Shown: positions 49,218 to 59,058 of the stretch, piece by piece
How the letters are laid out: each line of letters begins with the position of its first letter
Numbering within the stretch: position 1 is the stretch's first letter
From: Gemmatimonadota bacterium
Lineage (GTDB): Bacteria; Gemmatimonadota; Gemmatimonadetes; Palauibacterales; KS3-K002
NCBI GenBank assembly: GCA_020344015.1
Contig: CP070812.1
Span: 2,740,126-2,804,125, forward strand
DNA length: 64,000 bases
Reading direction: 5' to 3'
Translations under genes and position numbers: made by a program
Notes under the pieces: model-generated
The model's database searches: none
What the model was told of the DNA's origin: nothing
Seen by the model: only the letters and a program-made list of their open reading frames with translations

Positions 49218-49418
49218 ATGCTTCTCAGGTGCCCACACTGCAGTCGATCTGGAGAACACGTACGCAGCGACTTCTTCGGCGATTGGGTCGTCTGCTCGGT
49301 TTGCGAGCTGCCCTTCGCCTGGCGCGAGGCGCGCTCCGAGTCGGACTCGGAGGGCGGCAACGGCAACGGGCGATCGTCGATCCAGCCACACGCAACACGG
49401 ACCCGCAACGACAGGTAA
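49218..49418 (+). CDS. Small zinc-ribbon protein (CxxC-x17-CxxC), 66 aa
   Basis: MLLRCPHC...WVVCSVCELPF, strong RBS, stop 5 nt before the next ATG. Confidence 0.7.
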   Translation: MLLRCPHCSRSGEHVRSDFFGDWVVCSVCELPFAWREARSESDSEGGNGNGRSSIQPHATRTRNDR

Positions 49419-49423
49419 CCACC

Positions 49424-49972
49424 ATGACAACCAGTTGGCGTAATGCCGCGACCGTGACGGCGGCGGCAGTTCTACTGCTATGCCCCCCCGCGTCGGCACA
49501 GGAGAGCGAGCAACCGAAGGCGTTGGTCATCACGGCCGAGAACCTGATGGCGGACGATGCCACCCACCAGGAGATAGCGAGAGAGGGTGGCGATCCAAAC
49601 ACGGTGCTCCCCGGCGACGTCATCCTCTATCGCCTGACATTCACGAACACCACCGAAGTCCCGGTCCGCAACGTCGAGTTCAAGGACCCGATCCCGACGG
49701 GCTTCCACCTCCTGATCGAGTCCGCGACGGCCGATCGGGATGACGTGGTGGTCACCTACTCGATCGACGGCGGCCAGGTCTATTCGGCCGAGCCGATGAT
49801 CGAGGAAGTGGTCGACGGCGAGCGCCTGACCCGCCCGGCGCCGCCAGAACTGTTCACCCACATCCGCTGGCTGGTGACGGGCTGGGTTCAGCCCGGCGCT
49901 CAGGTCACAGCGGAATTCCGCGCACAGCTACCCGCTGCTGACGCGCCCGAGGAGCCCGGCGAGCCCAACTGA
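49424..49972 (+). CDS. Small secreted DUF11 (conserved repeat domain) protein
   Basis: Signal peptide ending PPASA|Q; VLPGDVILYRLTFTN...DPIP; YSIDGG; THIRW. The longer ORF from 48980 covers the promoter, so the start is set at 49424. Confidence 0.88.
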   Translation: MTTSWRNAATVTAAAVLLLCPPASAQESEQPKALVITAENLMADDATHQEIAREGGDPNTVLPGDVILYRLTFTNTTEVPVRNVEFKDPIPTGFHLLIESATADRDDVVVTYSIDGGQVYSAEPMIEEVVDGERLTRPAPPELFTHIRWLVTGWVQPGAQVTAEFRAQLPAADAPEEPGEPN

Positions 49973-50017
49973 GGCCCGGGCAGAAGTCTTTCATTCGTCG
50001 CCTCATAGGAGGTAGCC

Positions 50018-51292
50018 ATGAGTAGCAAGGCATTGAAGGCAGCCCGGACCTTGATCTTGGCTGGGTTAGCCGCCGCCTTCGCCGCCACGACGGCGGAGGC
50101 ACAGACGGCGGAAGGCGATACCATACGGAACATCGCTACCGCGACCTTCACCGACGCGAACAGCAATTCGTACGCAGCGGTGGCGGACACGGTCGATATC
50201 ATCGTGGGGTTCCAAGCCGGTATCTCCGTTACGCCCGATGCGGGCACAGCGAGCCCACCGTCACCGAGCACTGCCCTAACGATGGCGTTCACCGTCGAGA
50301 ACATCGGTAACGGCGTCGATACGGTGCAGGTTGCCGAGGACTTGGGCCTCACGCCCGCGATGTTCGACAGCGTCGGGTACAACTGGAACTCGACCGATTA
50401 CACAACGCTGGCGGCCCTCAACACCGCTCTGGCCAGCTTCGAGCTGACGGCAAGCGCCACGACGACTATCAACGTCGTCTACAAGATCGCCGCAGATCAG
50501 GGTGGTGAGAGCACGGTCTACCAGCTGACGGCCACATCGGTTCGCGATGCCGGCGAATCGGATCCCGGCCAGTACACACTCACCGCCGGCGAGACGTTCG
50601 GCGTCACCGTCGTCGAGCAGGGCTCGGGCGTAGACACAACGACGGCCAACCTGCTTCCCGGCAACGGCCAGACGGTCGTGTTCACGGTGACGAACACCGG
50701 TAACGGTACCGAGTCGTTCGACCTGCTCACGAGTCAGGTCCCAGGGACTATGCTCTCGGTGACTGCGATGGCCGGAACAGGCGTCTCCCAGGGCGGTGAT
50801 CCTGACAGCGCCCGCGTCACCGACCTCGGACCCGGCTCCTCGGTCGACGTGACCGTGACGTTCAACGTGGCCGACCTGGCCGCGGGTACCGTCGACTCGT
50901 TGTTCTTCCTGGCGCGCTCGGTGGCGCAGCCGGCCACGAACGACGAGGGCGCCTACATAGTCACACTCGTCAAGCCTGCCTTGACCATACTCAAGGAGGC
51001 GTTCACCGACGCCGGCTTGACGACGGCGGTGGCTGGCAACGTGCTCCCGGGCCAGTCGATCTGGTACAAGATCACGGTCAGCAACGCGGCGGGCACGGCA
51101 GCCGCCCAGACCATCGACATCGACGACGACCTGCCGACGCAGGTCACCTACGTGGGCAGCGGCGATGACGGCAACCCGAACTGGACTATCTCCGGGACGG
51201 GCGGTCCGCCGTGGACTCACGTCGATGCACAGCTGACCACTCTGGGAGCAGGAGCCTCAGCCTACTTCTGGATCGAGGTCACGATCAACTAG
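50018..51292 (+). CDS. Secreted multi-Ig/DUF11 protein (candidate major subunit)
   Basis: RBS GGAGG, signal peptide ending TAEA|Q, AEGDTIRNIATAT N-terminal module, two Ig-like repeats (ENIGNGVDT / TNTGNGTESFDL), terminal DUF11 ending in Asn. Confidence 0.9.
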   Translation: MSSKALKAARTLILAGLAAAFAATTAEAQTAEGDTIRNIATATFTDANSNSYAAVADTVDIIVGFQAGISVTPDAGTASPPSPSTALTMAFTVENIGNGVDTVQVAEDLGLTPAMFDSVGYNWNSTDYTTLAALNTALASFELTASATTTINVVYKIAADQGGESTVYQLTATSVRDAGESDPGQYTLTAGETFGVTVVEQGSGVDTTTANLLPGNGQTVVFTVTNTGNGTESFDLLTSQVPGTMLSVTAMAGTGVSQGGDPDSARVTDLGPGSSVDVTVTFNVADLAAGTVDSLFFLARSVAQPATNDEGAYIVTLVKPALTILKEAFTDAGLTTAVAGNVLPGQSIWYKITVSNAAGTAAAQTIDIDDDLPTQVTYVGSGDDGNPNWTISGTGGPPWTHVDAQLTTLGAGASAYFWIEVTIN

Positions 51293-51310
51293 TGACCGAT
51301 CAGGCTTAGC

Positions 51311-54300
51311 ATGAGGCTCCTCGGCGTCATGGCGGGTAAAGGGCACGAGCCCCACGGTGATCGGAAGGTCGCCTTGGGGCTCTGCGTCCTTTTCTGCCTG
51401 ATTCTGGCACCCGAAGCTTGGGCGCGAGGGACACCGGCTGGCACCCAAATCCAAAACCAAGCGACAGTTAGCTACCAGGCCTCCAACGGATTCACGTTCA
51501 ACCTGGTCTCCAACACGGTCACCCTCACCGTCGGACAGGTGGCGGGTGTCGACCTGGAGCCACCGCGGAACAGCGTGGCCAATCCGGGGGTCACGGTACT
51601 CTTCAGTCACACGCTAGAGAACATCGGCAACGGGACCGACAGCTTCGCCCTGAGCGCGATCTCGCAGGCGGGCTGGACGACGCGCATCTACCTCGACGCG
51701 AATGGGGATGGCGCGCTGGACGCCGGTGATTCGCAGATCGTAGGCCCCATCACTCTGGCGGCCGACGACACCGTATACATCCTCGTTGCGGTAGACGTAC
51801 CGGGTTCGGCGACGGTCCGCGGGACAACCGATCTCGTCGACGTGCAGGCCACCAGTCAGTTCGACGGCTCGGCGACCGATGCGCTCCAGGATGTCATCGA
51901 CGTCCCGAGCGTTGGAATCACCGCGAGCCTCACAAAGATCGTCGATCTCGGAAGTGCGATGGTCGGCGATGTCCTCACATACACGATCAACTACAGCGGG
52001 GTTGGCCCGAACACCGCGACCAACTTCCAGACCTTTGATCCTATCCCGCTGGGTACGACCTACGTGCCCGGCACGATGCAGTGGAACGGCACGCCGATAA
52101 CCGACATCACCGGCGACGACGAAGGCTACTTCGACGGTGTGGCGAACCTCGTCGTCTTCCAGTTGCCGACGATCGCAGGCGGCGATGCCGGTACGTTCTC
52201 GTTCCAGGTCCGCGTCGACGGGCCTAACGACCCAACCACCGTGGCCGCGGCGACCTACGAGACGATCGCAGGCACCGACTCGGTCGCGTCCAACGTCGTG
52301 ACAACGACTCTCATCCAACCCGAACTCAGCATTCAGAAGCTGCTGAACAGCGCCAACATCGCCTATGTCGGCGATCAGGTAAGCTACACGCTGCAGTACG
52401 CCAACTCGTCAGCGTCGGTCGTCGCTCAGAGCGTCGAAGTGAGTGACACCCTGCCGACGGGTCTCGATTTCGTATCCGCCGTGCCGGCGCCGACGGCAGT
52501 GAACGGCCAGGTCCTCACCTGGACGATCGGCGACGTCAACCCCGGCGAAAGCTTCGACATCCAGCTCACCGCACAGGTCAGCGACATCGTGCGCGACACG
52601 ATGACGGTCACCAACATCGCGGTGATGGCTGCGCTGAACGCTACCGCCCAGGAGCTAGCACTCTCCCAGGCGGTCCAGCTCGTCGGACTACTCGCCGACC
52701 AACTGACGCTCGACAAAGCCGCCGACGTAATCGAGGTCGGCATCGGCGAAGTCGCGCCTTACACGCTGGCCGTAGAGAACAACGGACTAGTCGCGCTTTC
52801 CGATGTCCGTGTCCACGACAGGCTGCCAAACGGCACCGTCTACTCGGAGGGCAGCGCGACCGGTGTCGACTCGGTGCAGGTCGACGGACGCAGAATCACC
52901 TTCTTCTACGCGGGGCCCATCGACCCCGGCGACACGCACTACATCCACTACGCGATCGCGGTCGTGTCCGCCGCCGAACCGACGCTGGCCAACGTTGCCT
53001 ACGCCACCGCCGAGAACGACTTCGTCAGATCGGAGGACGTGACAGCCTGGGTCCGTGTGCGCAACGCCTATCCGCTCGAGACACGCGTCGCGATCGGAAA
53101 GGTCTGGATCGACCTGAACGACAACGGCGGCCAGGACCCCGGCGAGCCCGGTCTACCCGGCGCCGACATCTGGACCGACGACGGCGATGTCGCCAGCTCC
53201 GACAGCGACGGGAAGTTCTCGTTCAGGAATCTGCGCTCCGGGCGCCACGCCTTCCGGCTCGACCCGGCGACGATACCAGCCGGCTATCGGCTAGCAGGGA
53301 CCAGTGCTTCGGAGGACCTGATCACCCTCAACGCCGACGGCTGGACGACACCGCGGATCAATTTCCGCCTCGTCCCGCTCGAGACGACATTGTCCGAGGT
53401 CCACCTGCCCATCAGCTGGCGCTTCGCGGCCCGTCCGCTGTGCGCGAGCCTCGACGAGATCTTCCCCACCGCGGAAGGTGACCGTGCGACGCTCACCCAC
53501 TTCGAGACGAACAGCGCGAACCTGCAGGACGGCCAGGCCCTCGCTCAGCGCGTCGCCCTCGCGCTCGCCAATAGGCCCAGGTGCCGTGTCGAGCTCACTG
53601 GACACGCCGACCCACGCCCCGTGCGAGGCGGCCCGTACTTCAGCAACCTGAACCTGTCACAGGCGCGAGCCGATTCGGTTCGCGGCGCATTGCAGGCCTC
53701 GGGCCTCGACAACAGCATCAGCATCCGCGCCCTCGGAGCGACGGATCTGGTGGCGGAAGGGGATGATCCTTACTCGCTCTGGCTCAACCGTCGCGTCGAA
53801 CTGCGTTTGAGCGGGCCCGAGAGCAATGCCCTCTCGCGGCCGGTGGTCGAGTACGACGTCCTGATCACCAACGAGTACGACGTGGCGCTCTCCGGCCTCG
53901 CCATCCGTTTCGTGCCGGCGGCCGACTCGGTGGTCCTCATAGTCGACGACTCGGTCCAGCTCAGCCTGTACGGCCACCCCACCGTCCTGCCGCCCATCGA
54001 TCCGTACTCGCGCGTGACGCTGCGCGCCTGGACGGTCTCGGGCGCCGACTCGGCGGTCGCCGTGCTCGAGCGAAACGAGCGCTCCAGCGGCTGGCTCGCC
54101 GCCGCCGTGCACAACTACACGATCCCGGTCAGCGGCACCGATGACGTCCACGCTGTCGCTGACAGGCTGCCCAGCCCCAGCAAGCTGCCGCCGGGAACTA
54201 GTGTCGAGATCGTCTTGCTGCCCGCACCGGCAGGCTGGCCGGAAGCGACTTACTCGCTGCCCGAGGGCTGGAAGCTGGTCGAGGGCTCGGTCACGGTCGG

Positions 54301-57300
54301 CGGTCTGCCGGCGCCCGATCCCGAGATCCGCCGCGATTTGACAGGCGCTCAAGTGCTTTACTGGCGGTTCCGCGGCCGCGCGATCGAGCCGATCGCCTTG
54401 AAGCTGGGTCCGAGCGACGCGGCCGAGCCGCTAGAGGTTGTGAACGTTGCGCGGCTGCGAACCGATGAGCAGCGACAGGAAGAGCACCGACGAGCGTTCC
54501 TGGCGGGGCCGGCTGTCGAGATCTTCAGCCCGAAGGACGGCACGGTGCTGCGCAGCGACAAGCTGTTCATCGGAGTGCGCGGCGAGCCGCGCGCCCCGGT
54601 CACGCTGTTCGACGGGGACTCGGTGATCGCGGAAGAGCACATGCGCGTCGACGGCGTTCACGATTTTGTCGCGATTCCGCTCTCACGTGGCCCGCACACG
54701 TTGCGCGTCCGCATGACGAACTCCTGGGGGCAGGAGCGCTGGGACAGCCTCGCGGTGCACGTGACTGGCCTGCCGGCTGAAATCGCCAGCGAGGTCACGG
54801 CGCTACCCATGGTCGCCGACGGGCACACCATCGCAACGATCCGGGCCCGCGTGCTCGATCGTTGGGGTGTCCCCATGGTCAACCCGACAAACGTTACGGT
54901 CGTGAGCGACGGCGCCGAGGTGCTGGGCTCCGACACCGATCTCTCGTCCGTCGGCCTTCAGCTACTCTCCGACGCGGCCGGCTGGTTGCGGATCGACCTG
55001 CGTCCGGGGCTCGAGATCGGAACCGGCAAGCTGACGCTAACAGCAGGTGACGCGGAGACCGAGATCGAGCTCGAGCTGGTTCCCCCGGCACGGCCGCTGA
55101 TGATCACCGGCGTGGGCCAGGTCGGTGTGGGCGCAGCTCCCGACGCTTTCGGCGCCATCACCGCACGCGGCCGGATCGACGACAAGACCTCGGTTATCCT
55201 CAGTTACGATAGCCGCCGCCTCGACGCCGGTCGCAATTTCTTCGGCCGTTCCTTCGACCCGCTCGAGGAAGCGCGCTACCCGATCCTCGGGGATGCGAGT
55301 CAGATCCGAACGATGAGCGCCTCGCAGTACGCGTTCTCAGCCCGCGTCCAGCGCGGCTTCGACTGGCTGGCCCTCGGTGACGTCTCGACTAATGAGTTCA
55401 GCAACGGACTATTACTGAACAGCTACAACAGAGCTTTGCCCGGCGCCGCGGCCCGGATCTCCACCGGCCCTGTCGTCTGGAAGGGGTTCGGCAGTTCGAC
55501 GAGTCAGAGCCTGCAACAACTCCAGATCCGCGGCGCCGGCACGTCAGGCCCTTACAGCCTGCAGCCGAACATTCGCCCGGGCACCGACCACGTGGTCATC
55601 GAGACCCGCGCGACCGAGAACACGCAGCGCATCATCAGCCAGCAGCAGCTGGTCCGCTACGTCGACTACCAGATCGACTACAGCCGCGGCACGCTCCTGT
55701 TTAAGCGCCCGGTGCCAGCCGCCGATCCCTACGAGAACCCGGTCTTCATCGTGGTGTCGTACGAGGCAGAGGGCGGTGGTCGGGAACAGATCGTTTGGGG
55801 CGCTCGCGCCGCGGCCGACGCTGGATACCTCATCAACGTCGACTCGCTACGCATCGGCGCTACCTACATCAGCGACGAGCAGGCGGCCGGTGGCAGACAG
55901 GTCCTGGCCGGCGCCGATGTCCGATTGATCCATCACGGTGCCGTCGACGTCGGCGCCGAGCTCTCTTACTCCCAGTCGCCCAGCTCCGACTCCGCCGACA
56001 TCGCCACCGCGATCGACGGTACGGTTAACCTGTTCGGCGGCCACGTGAACCTCTCGGCCGGCTGGATGCGGGTCGGCCAAGAGTATCGCAACCCGTCGAA
56101 CCTGGGGCTGCGCGCCGGGACCGAGGAGATCAGAGCGGCCGGCGGCTTGCGGATCGGTCCCAGCGAGCTGCGCTTCGAGCACGAGCGTCAGAACTTCAGG
56201 GCGGAGCGGGTCCGCCGCGAGCGCACCACCGGCGGCATCATTCAGTCTGTCGGCAGGCAGCTGCAGATCGATCTGCGCGCCGCTCAGGATCGGTTCGTCA
56301 ACGCCGGCACCACCGACCGATCGCAGGCCGGCGAGGCAAAGATCACCTGGAACCCGACGCCGCAGTTCAGCCTCTGGACCGAAGGCCGCTACCAGTTCGA
56401 GACGACAGGCAACATCGTCCTGCCGAACCACCTCGGTGCCGGCGCGATGTACCGGGTGTCGCCCAGACTCGCCCTGGAGACCGGCTTCCGTCAGGTGATG
56501 ATGCCCGACTCGCTCGGCTACTCCATCGCCAGCCTCGGTGTACGGAGCGATATCGGGCTCGGCACCCAGGCCTACGGTGAGTACCAGCTGATCGGTGGGG
56601 CCGACGGCTCACACAACGCCGCCGTCGTCGGGCTCAACAACCAGCTCCGCCTCGCCGACGCCTGGGCTCTCAACACGATGTTCGAACGGCGTTTCGGCCT
56701 CGACGACGCCTCGCTCGCCGACCCGGTCCGCGCGCTACCCTTCTCGCAGCCCGAAGAGGACTACTGGGCCGCCGGTCTCGGCGTCGAGCTACTGCCGCCC
56801 GACGCGCCCTAACGGCTCAGCGCGCGCGGTGAGTACCGCGACGGCGAGTTCATGACCAGTCGCCTGGCCACGCTGGCCGGCGACGTCGCGCTGGATCGCT
56901 CGCTGGCGATCCTATCGCGGAGCGAGTACCTGTGGACCGAGAACACCGCCGCGCTCGGAAGTCCGATCAGCCAGCGCAAATCCACGCTTTGGGGGCTTGC
57001 CTTCCGTCCCACCGGCAGCGACGCGCTCAACGTGCTGACCAAGTTCCAGTGGCTCGAGGAGAACAACCCGATGAGCGGCGGCGTGCTGGGCGCGGACGGT
57101 GACGAGCGGCGCATCATCGGTATCGCGGAGGCGATCTGGGCACCGTTCAAGTTCAGCGAGCTCGCCGCCCGCTACGCCGCTCGCCGTACCGAGGGTGAGC
57201 TGGTCCACGCCGACTCCACCGTCCAGAACCTCGTCTCCTGGGCCGACTACGTCGGCAGCCGCATCAACCTCGACTTCACTCGCTGGCTCGCCGTCCGCGG

Positions 57301-57535
57301 TGAGGGCCGCCTCTTACTCGAACACAACACCAACACTCAACGCTGGGACGCCGCACCCTCGCTCGTCCTCATCCCGATCGAAGGATTCGAGGTCCAGGCG
57401 GGCTACCGCTTCGGCGACCTCCGCGACCCGGACTTCGCGGTGCGCGGCGGTGACGGTTGGTTCGCCGTCTTCAGCGCGCGGCTGACCGAGACCGTGTTCC
57501 CCACCTCGGCCGATTTCTGGCGCCACCGCTTCTAG
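51311..57535 (+). pseudogene. Large outer-membrane protein (DUF11 x3, SdrD-B-like, OmpA-like, Ig-like, C-terminal beta-barrel) interrupted by in-frame TAA at 56810-56812
   Basis: ORFs 51311..56812 and 56852..57535 are in the same frame and read DAP*RLSARGEYRDG across the stop. OmpA motifs GHAD, LSQARA, NRRVE. Terminal Phe. Could be a real nonsense allele or a sequence error. Confidence 0.8.
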
Positions 57536-57605
57536 GCCCCGTAATACATCAACCCTGGCCCTGCATTGCACCTTCGAATCCCGTGATGTGATGGTCCGGC
57601 ATCCG

Positions 57606-57964
57606 GGTTTTGGGCGTCGGGGGGGTCGTCTCGCTCCGGCCTCCCCCGCGCTCGCGGCTGGGCCGCGATCGCAGGGTCGCTAAAACCAGCTCCGCTCGGA
57701 CGACCCGCCCCGACGCCCCCAACCGATGAGTGAGTACGCACCGCTGGTCAGCAGCCTCGATCCAAGCCGGGAGGAGCCGGGGGACCAACGAGCGAAGCTG
57801 GTGTTAGCGACCCGGCTCAGATCCTCAGGCAGAGTCTGTGGGTGAGGCGACGGACGACCTTGCGGGAACCACTGATCCTGACTGCCGGGTCGGCCGGAGC
57901 GAGCGGTCCCCCGGTTCCGACCCCCCGGGTCGGCCGGAGCGAGCCGTCCCCCGGCTCTGACCCG
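57606..57964. repeat. REP/BIME-like mosaic of interlocking inverted repeats plus a 40-bp tandem duplication
   Basis: IR 57606-57633/57697-57724; IR 57674-57698/57789-57813; direct repeat 57885-57924/57925-57964. Confidence 0.75.
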
Positions 57965-58047
57965 CCGAACACGGAGTCAGGCAAGCCTCGGATATTGAAC
58001 TTATCCGCCGGCGCTGCCATCCTATGAGCGGTGCCTGGAACGGGGGG

Positions 58048-59058
58048 ATGATGAAGATCGCCGTCTGCTTCGATACGCCGTCAGCAGGCTTGGAACACGC
58101 CGATTTCAAGGAGGAGCTCGAGGCCGAAGTCGCCGAGGCCGAGTACGACGTCGCCCAGGCCCTGATCGAGAACGGCCACGAGGTGTACCTAGTAGGCTTT
58201 CACGACAACCTTCGCCGTTTGCTCGACCGCCTAGAGAACTTCGAGCCCGAGCTCGTCTTCAACGCAACCGAGTCGTTCATGGGCAAGCCTCGCTACGACT
58301 ACGGCGTCACGGCCCTCCTCGAGATGAAGGGATACCGCTACACCGGCTCCTCACCCGAGGCGCTGCTGCTCGCCCGCGACAAAGCGACCAGCAAGAAGAT
58401 TCTCGAGTACCATTCGATCAACGTCCCGCGCTTCACCGATTTCCCGGTAGACGAAGAGATCACGGAACCGGACATCGGTTTTCCACTTATCGTGAAGCCC
58501 ACGCATGAGGACGCGTCGGTCGGGATCGCCCAGTCATCCGTCGTCGGCGACTTCGCCGGCCTACGCGAGCGTGTCGAGTTCATCCATCGCAGCCTCAACC
58601 AGTCCGCCATCGCCGAGGAGTTGATCGACGGGCGCGAGTTGTACGTCGGCATCATCGGCAACAGACGTCTCGAGATCTTGCCGACGGTCGAGCTGATCTT
58701 CGAAAAGATCGACGACCCCGCGAAGCGGATCGCCACCTACAGCGCCAAGTGGGACCTCGAGTACCGAAATCGCTGGGGGATCAAGAACATCTTCGCACGG
58801 CGGATCGGGCAGGAAGCACTCGAGGAGATACAGCGTGCCGCTACGCTCGCCTACACGGCGCTCGGGCTGCGCGACTACGGGCGCGTAGATTTTCGCCTCA
58901 CGAAGGACCAGCAGGCCTACGTGATAGAGGTCAATCCTAACCCCTACATCAGCTTCGGCGAGGATATGGCCAATTCCGCCGAGCGAGCCGGCATGAATTA
59001 CAACCAGTTCATCGAGCGCATCGTGCGTGAGGCACTGAAGCGATATGAGAAAGCTTAA
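58048..59058 (+). CDS. D-Ala-D-Ala-ligase-like ATP-grasp peptide ligase (non-canonical)
   Basis: YTGSSP, DKATSK, PLIVKP..EDASVGI, EELIDGRELYV, GRVDFR, EVNPNP. Lacks the Ddl GGxSxE start motif. Confidence 0.85.
   Translation: MMKIAVCFDTPSAGLEHADFKEELEAEVAEAEYDVAQALIENGHEVYLVGFHDNLRRLLDRLENFEPELVFNATESFMGKPRYDYGVTALLEMKGYRYTGSSPEALLLARDKATSKKILEYHSINVPRFTDFPVDEEITEPDIGFPLIVKPTHEDASVGIAQSSVVGDFAGLRERVEFIHRSLNQSAIAEELIDGRELYVGIIGNRRLEILPTVELIFEKIDDPAKRIATYSAKWDLEYRNRWGIKNIFARRIGQEALEEIQRAATLAYTALGLRDYGRVDFRLTKDQQAYVIEVNPNPYISFGEDMANSAERAGMNYNQFIERIVREALKRYEKA

Noticed and set aside
48980-49423. Extension of the small DUF11 ORF to 330 aa
   Set aside because: It runs through the UAS, the sigma54 promoter and the Zn-ribbon ORF. 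The signal peptide begins at 49424.
56810-56812. Selenocysteine/pyrrolysine recoding of the internal stop
   Set aside because: The codon is TAA, whereas Sec uses TGA and Pyl uses TAG.
57565-57590. tRNA T-loop-like TTCGAATCC
   Set aside because: No T-stem, acceptor stem or anticodon arm could be built around it.
57885-57964. Possible CRISPR array
   Set aside because: Only two adjacent 40-bp copies with no unique spacers, and no cas genes in the window.
58048-59058. Annotation as canonical ddl
   Set aside because: It lacks the GGxSxE N-terminal motif and Ddl omega-loop context, and is paired with a peptidase rather than mur genes.
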